64,000 nt of DNA from assembly GCF_018350175.1 (NCBI RefSeq), contig NC_058368.1, forward strand, positions 67,334,001-67,398,000, written 5' to 3'. This document shows, in pieces, positions 24,688-37,735 of this stretch. How positions within the stretch are numbered: the first letter of the stretch is position 1; each line of letters starts with the position of its first letter. The position numbers and the translations under genes were made by a program. The notes beneath the pieces were generated by a model. That model was not told the DNA's origin. It searched no databases and worked only from the letters and a program-made list of their open reading frames with translations. This stretch comes from Felis catus. Taxonomy: Eukaryota.

Positions 24688-24819
24688 ATCCTTTTATCAA
24701 CATTTCTAGTAGAGGACAGAGAAATAAAAATTTGAAAGATTAATAAGTTAAAAATTGGCTACCTACACAAAATAAACTAATTTCATAGGTCTTAGAATTT
24801 TTAAAGTGAGATTTTGATA

Positions 24820-25007
24820 TTTTTTTTTAATGTTTATTTTTGAGAGACAAAAAGAGACAGACTGTGAGTGGGGGAGGGGCAGAAAGAGAGGGCGACACAG
24901 AATCTGAAGCAGACTCCAGGCTCTGAGTGGGGCTTGAACTCAAAAACCACAAGATCATGACCTGAGCCGAAGTTGGACACTTAACCGACTAAGCCACCCA
25001 GGCGCCC
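24820..25007 (-). mobile_element. SINEC with TSD
   Basis: TSD taaagtgagattttgat. Confidence 0.93.
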
Positions 25008-25659
25008 TAAAGTGAGATTTTGATTTGGCATATTCTAGGGGCTAGTGTTGCCTCAGCTAGCATTTGCTAAAAATTCAGCCATGGGTCTTTGACTTAGTTT
25101 GTGCATGAACTGAGGAATGCTTTGGAGAATCAGGGCTAAAGGCAGGACAGCCCTAGGTGGGTTGAGATTTGGAAGGTACTACAGCAGGAAGGTTCTGACT
25201 TTCTTTGGTGTCTTCATTCACTTGCATGAGAGTAAATTCCTTGAGATTAGAAAGTGCCCCTTCCATTGCTGTCTTATTAGCCAAGCACAGTGCCTGGCAA
25301 GTGAGCCTTGTCTGCAGAGGTAGTCCTTTCAGAGTTAGGGGAAAAGCTTCCTGTGGTGTCAGCCCACTGAGGAGAGAAGGAAGGACACTCACTCCTCTCT
25401 CCCATCCGTATCACAAACTCCGCTTCCTAAAACTAGCTACCACCAAGTGACATCTCTCCCTGTCCACAGTCACATGTGTGCTTGGCCTTTAGGAAGGCAG
25501 TGAAGACAGCTGCTTGTGGTGTGCTCTACTTTAAATTTCTGGTGAGCAAATCCTAGCTATCCCATACCCGAGCCCTGAAATGCACTGGAAGACAGTCTGG
25601 GCTCAGAATCTAGTTTTGTTGATGTTTGTTTTGTTTTTCTTAAGGTTCTGTGCTATATT

Positions 25660-25800
25660 AGGGCACCTGGGTGGCTCAGTCATGAAGCATCTGACTTTGG
25701 CTCAGGTCATGATCTCACGGTTCATGAGTTCTAGTCCCATATCGGGTGAGCTCAAGTCCTACCTTTGGGTAAAACATGAGCGCCGCTTTGGGTGACCCTG

Positions 25801-25854
<54 letters not shown>

Positions 25855-25916
25855 CCTCCCTCCCTCTCTCTCTCTCCCCTTTACTCACTTGTGCCCCCCC
25901 CTCAAAAAAATAAAAA
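25660..25916 (+). mobile_element. Variant SINEC with an atypical body and long (CT)n
   Basis: Normal head, body with repeated ..gggtga/..gggtaa units; TSD aag(g/a)ttctgtgctatatt. Confidence 0.85.
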
Positions 25917-26250
25917 GATTCTGTGCTATATTAATTGAATCTTTTCTGTGGATTTCCAGGACATTCCTATGTAAGACCTACCTTGGTTGCCTAAGTTAGA
26001 AACACAGACTAAACTCATCAACAAAATTCCTGCTAGGTTCCTACTATGTGCAAAGAACTCAGTAGGCACTTTATTGGTGAGAAAAGATGAGTGGCTTCTA
26101 GTGCAGCTGGAGTAAAGATCAGAGGCTGTAGCACTAAAAACAGTATCACGCTCTATGCTCCTGGCTCTGTATTTCTGAAATCCTTCCTCTCCCTCCATAT
26201 ATCTGGGAAGTTCTTTCTCCCAGGCTATAGTCAAAACACAAATGTAATTC

Positions 26251-26468
26251 TTTTTTTTTTTTTTTTAATGTTTATGTATTTTTGAGAGAGAGAGGGAGAG
26301 AGACAGAGTGCCAGAAGGGGAAGAGCAGAGAGAGAGGGAGACACAGAATCCGAAGCAGGCTCCAAGCTACCAGTGCAGAGCCCACGGTGGGACTCAAACT
26401 CATGAACCATGAGATCATGACCTGAGCCAAAGTCGGACACTTAACCGACTGAGCCACCCAGGTGCCCC
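26251..26468 (-). mobile_element. SINEC
   Basis: poly(T), (GA)n, ...ccaggtgcccc. Confidence 0.92.
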
Positions 26469-29400
26469 CACAAGTGCAATTGTTTAAAGAGTTACATTTG
26501 ACTGTGGTCGTGTTCTGCCATGCCCCCCAACCTGGACCCCGCCTTTTTTTTTTTTTTTTTTTTTTTGCGTTTGTTTTGCTTCTCTTGCGTTCATTCAAGT
26601 TGTGATTATGTTTCATGACTCCAGGATGGGCTGCTGCAGAGCCTTGAAAAAGATTTCCCAACTCTTCCCTTTGGCTGTTTCAAACCAACTTCCTCCTTTT
26701 TATTAAAATAAAACCTACCAAATCCAAAAAAGTCTACCATTCTGCAAGTTTATGGTAGCAGGCATCCACTACCCTGTGACCCACCCTCCAGGGAGTTGAG
26801 ATTTAATTCAGTTATTATTCCCACTACTGCTTTGTTGTCCAAATGACTTAACTTCGTAAAGGTCTTGATTTGTTTTCTTAAATAAAGTGTTCCAAGTAAG
26901 AATTTATTGACACAAAGAAACTTCTTTTCAAATCCGTGCAATTTTGGAGCATTAAACCAAATGCCCTAATCGAAGAAATGGGACATCATAATCTTAGATT
27001 TATTGTCTTTTAGTATATGAAATTTATCATTAGTATTTTGGCTCAGATATTCTCATATTCAGGTTTTATCCTTCAGGCTTTTTTATTTTCAGAGTGTTTA
27101 AAACCATGGACTTATTTATCTCTAACACTCATTCCTGGCATATGTTTAGTTTCTACTTTAGGATTTCAGCTTTACTTGGGAAAACCTGTTCACCTCTGTG
27201 GCTATCTAGTAGTTAGAAATAAACAGCTGTCTACTCTCTGATAAATGCTCTCATGCTTGCTGTCTGTCCAGTTAAATGAACAGTAGATCATTCACGTAGA
27301 TCATTCTAGAAGGTACCTTTCTAGATTACACATTTTCCTGGGTGAAGTTCAAAGGAATATCAATCTCACTACGTGACCTTGCCAGCATATTTGGCTTCTG
27401 ACTTCTGTCATTATTATAATGTAATGAATTATGGATGTTCGTTTATTTAGGCTTACTCCACTTGTGAGTTATTTGGAGAATGAATTAATGTTGGTAAACA
27501 GCTCACAGATTCTTGGATAAGGGCTTCCTTGGAGGTACCATGTATTAAGAACAAAACAATCCAGCTGTTAAATATTAAGAAGCGTTACCCTGTGCCTTCG
27601 CTGTTCAGTGGTGGCTCAGATCACCATAATGGCTCGGATGCTTTTGTTAACACTAGCGTGACTTTAAAAATATGCTTGCAAATCAAGTGTTGGGCAACTG
27701 TGTTTTGTTTTTACTGGCCAGTACATGGAGTCACAATTCCTGCCAGTTTGCCATGCTTCCTGGTGACTCCACTTGGATCCCTAAGCCCCCTTTCCCTTTC
27801 CTTTTCACATGCTGGCTGACACCGGCCATCCTGCAGGACTTGTGTTCTGGGTGAGGTGCCCTCCCGTGTGCTCCGCTTCCACCACCTGGTGCTTCTGTCA
27901 TAATGCTGCCGTGCAGTTAGCACTTACTTACTGGTTCCTGTCTCAAACCAGACCAGGAGCATCTGCGGGCAGAGACCACATCTTGCTGATTTTGGAGTCT
28001 CTTGTGCCTAGTGCCTGCTCCATGACATTTACAGCAAGGAGGCCGGTCAGCAGTGTTATAGGACTGTCTGTCTGCATCTCTCCTGGAGTGGGAAGACTGA
28101 GCGTGTTTGTGGACGTCTGGGACCTACGGGCATGTCATGTGGACATGAGGGCAGGAGGCAGCATACGCACAGTGTCAATGAGCGAGGCCCTGGATCCAGC
28201 ACCTCCTGGCTGCCTGGGAGGAAAGCCCGGCTCTGCCGCTTATTTGTTGTGTAACCTTGAAGAAGGTCCGTGTCTTTTCTGTGTCCTGCGTCCCTCCTCT
28301 GTGCTACGGAGGTGGCAAATAAATATTCAGCTCTTTAGAAGCATGCATCACACGGTAGGCACTCAGTAAACGTTCACTGTTATTTTTAAGGATACTGGCC
28401 CTTAGCAGCATGCATCAATGTCGCAGTTCATTACTTGAGGTCGTGTACGAAGGTGAGCCATAGAGTAATGAATATTGAAATGTTGGAAGCCCGGTAGAAG
28501 TGGTAACTGTTGTTAAGACGCTTGGCTCTCAAACAGAAGGCAGGTTTGAAAGGGACCATTTAAAAGAAACAAGACTTGAGTAATTTCTTCTTTTCTTCTA
28601 ATCGCCTCAGTCGTAGCATTGAGTTGGAGACGTGCAACCCCCAGGAACTGTCAAATTCATAGACATTCTTGAGACCCTTCCCAAGAGAGACATCCTGCAT
28701 ACATCTGTCCCTGGTTTGATTCTGAGACACTTTCAGGTAGCCCGTGGGGGATTCTGAATAAAATGCGGGATCTGCTTTTAAATGACTCAGGCTTTTTTGC
28801 TGCAAATTCATCCGTATGTTTTTTCTCTGAACACAAGCAGATGCGCACACTCACCTGCGCACGCACGGACTCAAAGCTCTGGCCATGCCCTCAGGGGTCG
28901 CAAGGCAGCTTCGACATTCCAGGAATTTCCTGTCTTGAAGCACAGCCCCCTCTGCAGTGTCTGCTTGTTCAGACTTCACAGCGTGTGTGCGAACACGTTA
29001 TCACGCCTGCTGCCTGCTTTGAGTGTAAGGACTCGGCACATCATTTTCACTTAAAACCAAAGAGGGCCCAGGAAACCCCCCAATTCTCCATATGACTGGA
29101 GATCGAGCTAAACAACAGATTTGTTTTGGAATTGGCCTATGTGATTTTGGGGGACAGGACATATTTCTTTTAAGTTGTAATTTACCTTAGCTAATATTAT
29201 ATTGTTATACTGTGGATTTTTTTTTTTAATTTCCGTGAATACTTGGCAGGAATTAGGGCTTCTGTAAAGATACTCCCTGTGCATGCAGATGGTTGGAGGG
29301 GGGTGGCGGCACATAGGCTAAGAGGCAGGTTTCAGAGTTACACCCCGGCTCAGCTCCTGTCCCTGCCCTCGCTCCTCTGGGATCTTAGGGGAGCTGCAGT

Positions 29401-30659
29401 TGTCTGTCTGGATAAGAGAGGTAATCCCTCCTGCTTCTCAGTGTGAAGAGGACGGAAGAAAATAACATAGCTAGAGCACTCACCACATCTGCATGTTATT
29501 GATATATAACGTTTGTAGAATTTTGTTGATAAATCACAGCACACAGAAAAGAAATGCATGTATGTCTGTTTTAATCTAGCCACAAGAAAGCAATTTAGAA
29601 CTGACACCAAAAAGATCAGTCTTTATTTTGGGTTTCCTAAATGTGAGAATTCTGCGTGAAGTTTCCGTGTAGAAGTGGATGCTTATTGTTTAAATTCTAC
29701 ATTAGCCGCCATTTGGGAGGTACCTGTTAGTACTTTGTAAGTCTCCTGGAAGCTTCGGGTGAGAAATCCTGTGACATCTTGTGGGCAGTGGGAGAGAAAC
29801 CATTAGCCGATGGGATTGTGTAAGGGAAAGCTAGACTGTGAGCAGGGTGGGGAGGTACACAGGCTGGGTGGGCACCTGACAGCCCATCCTTGTAACTGGG
29901 GCCCCAGGAGAGGGTGGGGGGGGGGCGGGGGGGGGGGAGGAGTGTTTGTAGATAATACCTGCAGAATACTTACTTAATGTAAAATCTACTCATGTAGTTA
30001 TCTAGACCTTGGATTATATAAGCCTATGAGTTGAAGAACGTTTATTTTAGGTAGTAATCTTTAAAACAATGTCATGCCAGTGGAATTCAATTTTAAAATG
30101 TTTATGTTGGTAATATGTGGTATGCTTTCTAAACTTTAAACTCGATAGAGATACATGATCGATTGATTGATCGTTAGTTTTCAGTTAACTGGAATATTTA
30201 TTTTGGCGGCTACCACTCTTGTTAAAATGAGGAGTAAGACAATGTGTTTGAAAAAACGCTATCCCAGATGCCAAAGACCTGACTCCTAGCTCTGTGACTT
30301 ACAGCAAGGTCACTTCACTCCTCTGGGGGTCGTACAAGGAGATTTTTTTTCATTCGCTAAACACTTTTTGTTTTGTTTTTGGAGGCGCTGCATTTTCTGT
30401 TTTTTCCAGTCCAACATGCCCTGATTTTAATTACTACACTCACCTCTTTTTGTGCTGGGTGAAAAGACAGCCTGAGGGGAATTCAGAAAAAATTCCATAC
30501 CCTGGAGCTTGTGAGCCACTGAGAAGGAAGTGAGCCGCAGAGAGAGAAAACGCCCATCTCTCTGAAATGACAAATAAGAATATATTGCATTGATTGTATT
30601 TTCTCATATTGATAAAATCTTTTACTTAGCTAAGGTATACTACGTAAAGGGAAGAAAGA

Positions 30660-30900
30660 GTGATGGTTAAGAGCTTGAGTTTTGGAGTCACAGTAACGGG
30701 TTTTAAATCCTGGTTTTACCATTTACTTAGCTGAGGTATGTGGCAAGTAATTTAATTTCCCTGAGCTTCAGCTTCCTCATTTGTAAAATGAGGTAGCAAT
30801 ACCTATCTCTCAGGATTGTAATGAAGATTGAATGTAATTATGCAAAAAAAAAAAAATTCTTAGCACACACACAAAAATCCTAGTACAGTTAACTGACAGT
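30660..30900 (+). mobile_element. MIR
   Basis: gtgatggttaagagc...ctgagcttcagcttcctcatttgtaaaatgagg core. Confidence 0.8.
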
Positions 30901-31444
30901 AATGCTGGTTATAGTTGTAGACACTCACCTGAATGACGTCTGGGTGGATCTGGGAGAACAGGTAATGTTTACTTGGCAAAAACATACTCTTCTGATGCTG
31001 TTGTTAAATTTCATTGCACTTTGCTAGTGTTACTTGCTTACTATCTGACTATTGTCACTAGACTCTGAGATCCTTGAGACCAGAGCTGTCCTTCTCTTGT
31101 ACACCTCAAAACACATGATGAGCACAATGCCTCCTGGCACATCATTTCTGTGGTGGTGACCTGGGTAGGTTACACGAGCTCCCCATAGATGGCAAATAAG
31201 TCATAACGGGTTTGGATGCAAGGAGGACAAAAAAAATAGGAGGTGCAAATAAAAGGGGTTCTTCAGTCCATTCCCTCAGATTACCGTGAAGGTTATAGGG
31301 CTGAAATATGAGTTGAAGTATGAGATGATTAGAATGAAGGCCTCCAAGTGTGGTACTAGCTCTCTAGGGCCCCAGGCACAGCCAGGCGGGTGAGAATAAT
31401 TTCACCCAATACTTCAGAGGGCGTTTTATTTACGTATAGTTGTA

Positions 31445-31475
31445 TATATGTATGTATGTATGTATGTCTATTTTT

Positions 31476-31506
<31 letters not shown>

Positions 31507-31676
31507 CACACAAGTGGGGGATAGGCAGAGACAGAAGGAGACACAGAATCTGAAGCAGGCTCCAGGCTCTAAGCTGTCAGCACAGAGCCCAATGCAAGGG
31601 CTTGAACCCACAAATCCTGAGATCATGACCTGAGCTGAAGTCAGACACTGAACTGACTGAGGCATCCAGGCGTCCC
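31445..31676 (-). mobile_element. SINEC with (TATG)n-converted tail
   Basis: (TATG)n, (GA)n, antisense body. Confidence 0.9.
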
Positions 31677-32585
31677 AGTTCAAAGGACATTTTAATGCCT
31701 TAGTTCTTTATGGTTCTTTTTTGGGGGAAATTTTAAGTGCTTATATATAAGTAAAGTTTTCCCCTGCTTGCTAAATTACATTCAATTATATAAGTGAATT
31801 AAAGTCATATAGGCAGCTTTTGATTAGTCCTATCAACTGAGAGGATTATTTGAGATACTGTAAAAACAATATTTTGATCCATAAAATGGAGCTCTGTCCT
31901 CCCCCTGACAATCATGGATCTGTCTGGTGCTAAGCAGATTTAGAGCTTTTCAGAATAATGAAGAAATGTTGGCGATCGTAACAGTCCAATAAAGAGGGCA
32001 CGCTCTGAGTGGGGAAGCTGGTGTGGGGCCAGGAGGATATTGTTAATGAAAGAAAGCCCTGCAACAGAGCATCTGAAATTTGGTAATCTTCGGAGGCATT
32101 GAAGTCAGCTTCTTAGTATTACCAAAAAAACGGAGAAAGATTTTCCAGGCAGAGACTAAGCTTCCCAGTCAGTGTCAAAGGAAGCATGCTCTGGAACAGA
32201 TTTGAGTGGATATTATATTGCTCTCTCAATCCTGTCTTTCAATAATACCAGCCAGTTTTTGCCAGATCATGCACACTGATAGGTGTGAATTTGAGTCCTT
32301 GCTGAGTAAGTCTGCTATCTGTGTCTTTCCACAGAATGAAGAAGAAAAAGTCTCTGCAAGAGAAAGAACCAAGTCACAAAACCAAATTGTTAAAAATTGC
32401 TGATGTAGATGTGGAGTCTCTTAAAGACTTCAGCTCTGAGTACTATTTGTCTCTGAGAGAACTCACAAGGAACTCAAATGGAAATGGTACTTTTCTTGGA
32501 ATAGAGTCTGAATTTACTGACTTAAAGTTAAATAACATGAAAATATATTAAAAGTCAGGAATAAGTGAGCCAGTATTTTAAAAAA

Positions 32586-32784
32586 ATTTTTTTAAATGTT
32601 TATTTTTGAGAGAGAGAGAAAGAACAGGGGAAGGGCAGAGAGAGAGGGCAACACAGAATCCGAAGCAGGCCCCAGGCTCTGAGCTCTCAGCACAGAGCCT
32701 GATGTGGGGCTCAAACTTGTGTATTGCAAGATCATGACCTGAGCCAAAGTCAGACACTTAACTGACTGAGCCACCCCGGTGCCC
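32586..32784 (-). mobile_element. SINEC
   Basis: Antisense body ending cggtgccc. Confidence 0.9.
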
Positions 32785-34784
32785 TGAACCTGTTTTTAAT
32801 ATAAGACAAACTCATGATTCTTGCAGAAGGTTCAGGATGGCTTAAATGAGTATAAAGACATGAGTCCCAACATTTTTCCTGCCTGAGTAATTTATTCTCT
32901 GATTTGTGACGACACTGTGTACATGTTTGCATGCTCCTTTGAGCGAATTCACAGTGCCAAGCCATAGTTTATGATTTCTATGATTGTCACCCCTGATTGA
33001 CCACTATTAATAATTAGAGACTTATTTTTAATCGACCATGGTGTCCGGCCCTGGAATCTGATTTTAGAAAGCTCAATATTTTTTAAGAAAAACCTCAGAC
33101 TGTTGCTTCTGGGGGTATGTACACTAAGAGTAATAACTAAGGCACGCTTTTATTAGGAGTGAAGACAGCCTGAACTCTAATGGGAGGCCCACGATAGAGA
33201 AAAACAGAAAGTACCATTAGACCGTAATCCCACAGTCATGTCCTCCAAGTAGAAATGTTCAGTGTGCTCACTGTTAGCCGTCTGCAGCGAAAGCGTGACG
33301 GGGGGCATCTGAGAGCAGCTTGCTGTAGGACTCACGGATGTTTTGAAGAGGTCGGATGACCTACATCTAACGACCTGGCAGGCAGTCTGCTGGTTTTATG
33401 TGCATAATTGTGTTCAAACATCATAAAAGAAGAGCTGGTGGTGGAAATCCAGGATATCCTTTTTAGGTGGATTGCATGGTGTTTAATGTAGGCATCTTTT
33501 ATAAAACCGTGAACTTTGCACTCTTGGTCCGGCCAGCTCTTTTTCATCAGTGCACTTCAGCCTTGAGTCCTTTCGGTCCAGTGTTTTTGTGCAGGCTGAA
33601 GGTGTTTTGTTGCACTTTACCCCAGTCTTCTGTTTCTGCCATCGCCACTAGTGGGAGCGGTTGGAGAAGATTCTTGTTTACGGGAGCATAATTAGTGCTC
33701 TAGCACGGGATGATGTGCTGCCCCCCGTTGTTGTACTCGCTTCAGCTGTCACTTGGGTTTCCCAGAGAAGGCAACACGACAGTGAGAAAAGAAGGGACCA
33801 CAGGGCAGCATGTGTTGTGTGCATCACTTCTTCCCAACTGTGAACACAGGCTGTGAAATTGCCTCTGTAGCCAGATCTGAAAATGAGCGAGTGGACGGTA
33901 CCTTCCTGATCTTCTGTTAGGGTCGCTTCCTGCTTCCCCAAGCTGGCAGTCAAGGTCACTCTTCCATTACCATTACTGTGACTCAGATCATGGGAGAGAT
34001 CCTGTCCTGCCCGGCTGGGAGTTCAGTCAGTGATGTGGCACGTAGAAACAGACGAGGCAAAACTCGGGACAGGCACAGGTGGTGGGTGCATGCCAGATGC
34101 TGTCAACAGCGTGGTGTGGCCACGAGACCTGAGTCTGGCCCTGCACCTCCTTTGGGGGGCAGGCTGGGAAGGGAGCCCACCTCGGACCTGCCTTGTCCCT
34201 TCTCGCCCTCGCCCCCTGCTTTTCTGTCTCAGCTCTTCTGTGGATTCTGCATGACCAAAAGAGACCCCTCCCACTTGGGCTTCATTTTATCCTGAAAACC
34301 ACCATTAGGCTGGGAATGGCATCCATCAGTTTTTGCCTTGCAGTGGAAGTCTGTGGGCCAAAAAAGCTTGAGGATCACTTCTTTAATTAAGAAAAAAACC
34401 CTATTCTTCAGAAAAAGCATAGGCAAGCATGAGAACACACAGCCCCTAACGTTTTGGCATACTTTTCTCATTCCTTACTTGTTTTTCTGGGTGAGTGTTC
34501 CTCCCCTAAAAGGATTTCCTCTGGCCCTCCACAGTAAGTGATTTCCTTTCTTGTTCTCTGTAGCATTATTTGTCCCTTTGTGTGGGGACATCCCCTAGGC
34601 AGGAGCTGCCTTGTCTATCTTTGTATTTGCTTAAGGCATCAGCAGAGTACTGTGACCAGCCATATAGGAGGTGTTTATTGTTTATTAGCAATCTATCACT
34701 AAATGATGTTATTTTGTATTTGTCTCCCACTAGATTGTGGTGATAAGCAAGATAGCACTTATCTAGCACGGACTTTTCCTCCTC

Positions 34785-35359
34785 TGTAGAGGAGGAAAAA
34801 TTTAACCTCTTTCCCCCTCTACTCTTCGAGGTTCTCAGCTGAGACCCTATAAATTAGACTGACAAAAGATGGTTTAACAGGAGAAAAACAGTTGGTCAAC
34901 CTGAGCATCATGCATACACGTGGGAGCACCCAGTGATGAGTAACTCAAAGAGCCAGTTAGAACTTGGGCTTATATGGCATCTTAACAAAAGAACAATACG
35001 CTCACAGGTGACAAGACAAGGGACAGGGCTTCTGAGCTCCTAGGGCGGCAAATTGTGGGAAGACAGATCTATGGAGGAAGTAATGGAAGGCAGGGCTAGT
35101 TAGTAAAGTGTTACGGAGAGCCCCCTGGTGCCGTTTGTGAGCTGATCAGAGTGTATTGTTGTCTCTGGTGGTTAACTTCTGTCCTTCTTGGTAGGAGGGG
35201 TAGGCGGCACAGGGGACATCTTTACAAATTTATGTCCTGCTTTTAGGCAGATGGGGAAGGGCAGAGAGCTTTTCTTGTATCTTCTCAGTTGCCTTCCACT
35301 CAAAATAATCCCCATGCTCAAGTGGCCTCTTTGGGGATGGCACATTCTGCTGATCTTCA
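34785..35359 (-). mobile_element. Solo ERV1-class LTR (MER34-like)
   Basis: TG...CA termini; motifs gactgacaaaagatggtttaacaggagaaaa and ctcagttgccttccactcaaaataatc resemble recalled MER34-group LTRs; no clear TSD; family not verified. Confidence 0.6.
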
Positions 35360-35469
35360 ACACCTTGTACGTGATTTGCAAATAGATGTTTATGAAATGG
35401 AATTAAACTGAAAGCAAAGGCAACCTTCCATTTTCTAACCAGAGTCTAGCTGAATAATTTACCCTGTGT

Positions 35470-35680
35470 GGGGTGCCTGGGGAGATCAGTCGGTGAAACG
35501 TCCAACTTTGGCTCAGGTCATGATCTCGCGGTTCGTGGGTTCGAGCCCCACATTGGGCTCACTGCTGTCAGCACAGGGCCCACTTCAGATCCTCTGTTTC
35601 CCTCTCTCTCTGCCCCTCCTCTGCTTGCACTGCCTCTCTCCCTCTCTCAAAAATAAATGAACATTAAAAAAATAATAATA
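35470..35680 (+). mobile_element. SINEC
   Basis: TSD aataa.ttaccctgtg. Confidence 0.92.
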
Positions 35681-36036
35681 AATTACCCTGTGCAACAGAA
35701 TAAATAGATGGAAAGCTCTGTGAGCCTTAGAGCCCAGAGGAAAGATACTGGTTGGGTCAGGAGGCGTGGGCTCTGCAGCTGGCTTTGCCTCTGACTCGCC
35801 TGCAGGGATCACTTCCTCTTCCTTTCGGGAGACTGGGGAGATACAATCAAGTGATGGCCAGAAAAACACTGAATAGAGTTTAAGGCGTTATGCAGATACA
35901 AGGTGTTCTTATTTCCTCTGCAAACTGCAGTGGCAATTTCTGATGAGCATTAGTAAAGGTTGGCTTGTTAGGTCTTAAATACTGTTTACTCCCCAAAAGA
36001 AGTAAGCCGTAATGCATGTGTAATGCTTCCTCACAG

Positions 36037-36144
36037 GTATGAATTAGGAGCTGCTCTGTTTATTGGATGGGCGGGAGCCTCACTCTGCATAATTGGTGGT
36101 GTCATATTTTGCTTTTCAATATCTGACAACAACAAAACACCCAG
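36037..36144 (+). CDS. CLDN10: Claudin-10 coding exon 4 (108 nt; TM4)
   Basis: tcacag|G TAT GAA TTA...ACA CCC AG|gtatga; [36 protein letters not shown](R). Confidence 0.97.
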
Positions 36145-36754
36145 GTATGAAAAAGAGATAAAAATGACCTGTTAAAGTTACTACACGTGTGGCAGGTTCT
36201 AGATCGCTCACACGATTCTTAGACACGTCGAAAAACAAAACACAACAAAAAAGAAACTTCAAAAAACTAGAATTGGCAAAAGTGAGGAATATATAGTGAA
36301 TATAATATTCAATATAATAAATATATTGAATGGAATAAATATATACTTCGTTAAAGTTAGTTTAAAAAACAGAGCTCATCATTCTTACATTCCAAAGCTA
36401 TTTCTGTAAGCAGAAAGACGGGTCTTATGACAGGGTGTGGTGTATTCTTCACCTTGACCTCGTCATTTTCACACGGGCAGACATTACTGATGAAGGTCAC
36501 TAGGGTCCCCCAGGGTCCAGGAAGAGGAGTTTTAAAAGAGAAACAACAAATGAACAAGCCATGAGTTTCCTCTGCTGAGATTCCCGTGGTCCCGCTCACT
36601 GGTCAGAAATGGCAGTGAAATGTTTGGGGGTACAAGAGAGAGTGCTAACTAAAAGTAGTCAGGGAGGCTCTGAAGCTTGGCTGGGACAGAAGTGGGGGAA
36701 ATGGTTTCTACCCTCCGTGTAAAAAAACGGGGTCTCCGGTGTTTTGCCTTGCAG

Positions 36755-36878
36755 AATGGGATACGCATACAACGGGGCCACATCTGTCATGTCTTCTCGG
36801 ACGAAATATCCTGGCGCAGGAGGAGATCTTAAAACCACAAACCCTTCAAAACAGTTTGATAAAAACGCTTATGTCTGA
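36755..36878 (+). CDS. CLDN10: Claudin-10 coding exon 5 (124 nt to TGA; cytoplasmic tail)
   Basis: ccttgcag|A ATG GGA TAC...; RMGYAYNGATSVMSSRTKYPGAGGDLKTTNPSKQFDKNAYV*; the five exons sum to 696 nt = 231 aa + stop; terminal YV PDZ-binding motif. Confidence 0.97.
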
Positions 36879-37069
36879 AAGGAAAACCGCCGCGAGCTGT
36901 CTTTACTATAAAAGTGAACTGTTCACAGATGATCCCCGCAAGGCCCTCCTGTAATTCACACTCAAACTATTTTTAAAACATGAATTTGGAGAATTTGCTG
37001 ATTGTATGGATGTAAATGTTCTTACACAGTTATATACTAATCATTTTCTGTTGTGGCTTTCTATAAGAA

Positions 37070-37075
37070 AATAAA
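37070..37075 (+). terminator. CLDN10: Proximal polyadenylation signal (AATAAA) of CLDN10
   Basis: First AATAAA about 190 nt after the stop, followed by T-rich/TG-rich sequence. Confidence 0.65.
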
Positions 37076-37735
37076 CAGGTTATTTACAGGATTTGTATAT
37101 ATCTGATACATTTATAGAACATGCATTTAGCACCGAAGGATCAAGGATTTGTAGCGTATCCTTAATCATTCAGACGTTGCAGTCTTTGCCCCCATTCCTT
37201 CTTTTCCTTCATATATTAAACAGAAGGGGTATTAAGGAGTGGTATCTTGTGAACAGTGTGGGGGCAATCCGAGCCTGTTCCTCGAAAGATGCGTGGGTTG
37301 ATGGACAGGTTACAGTCTGCGTAGCATTGACTTGTGGTTTCTTACGCCTGTCACTACTGCGACTCTCTGTGAGCGCTCAAGGAAGGGCTCCTGCCCATTG
37401 CCTGGCATGTCCACCTTCAATAACTGCTTGGGTGTCTCTGTAGAAAGCAGGTTCTGGAGCGGAGCATCAGCACGAGCTGAGTGAGAGATGGTGATCACGC
37501 CTGACTTTGGAGCCCGCAGAGGAAGGTCCTGGAGCCTGGGTGGCACCTGCTTTTGCAACACAGAGGTGCCAACTTGATTTAAATTTGGGGCTCGCTTGGC
37601 AGAAGTCCACCCCCTTCCATCAGGAGTGAAGATGTGGCAGACACGGAGCTTGGAGCCCAGGGAAAGCCTGCTCTTGTCACTTCCTAGCCGTGTGGCCTCC
37701 GGCAAGTTACTTAATAATTCTTCTTTTGTGACATC

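Noticed and set aside
27809..29095. Cluster of 70-186 aa ORFs and mild CpG enrichment in CLDN10 intron 3
   Set aside because: No domain similarity I recognise, partly overlaps MIR/L2-like sequence, and no coherent exon chain
29912..29940. Intronic poly(G) tract
   Set aside because: Isolated homopolymer with no associated feature; its length is error-prone in assemblies
36307..36331. 10-bp AT-rich inverted repeat in CLDN10 intron 4
   Set aside because: Low-complexity AT context makes a chance palindrome likely
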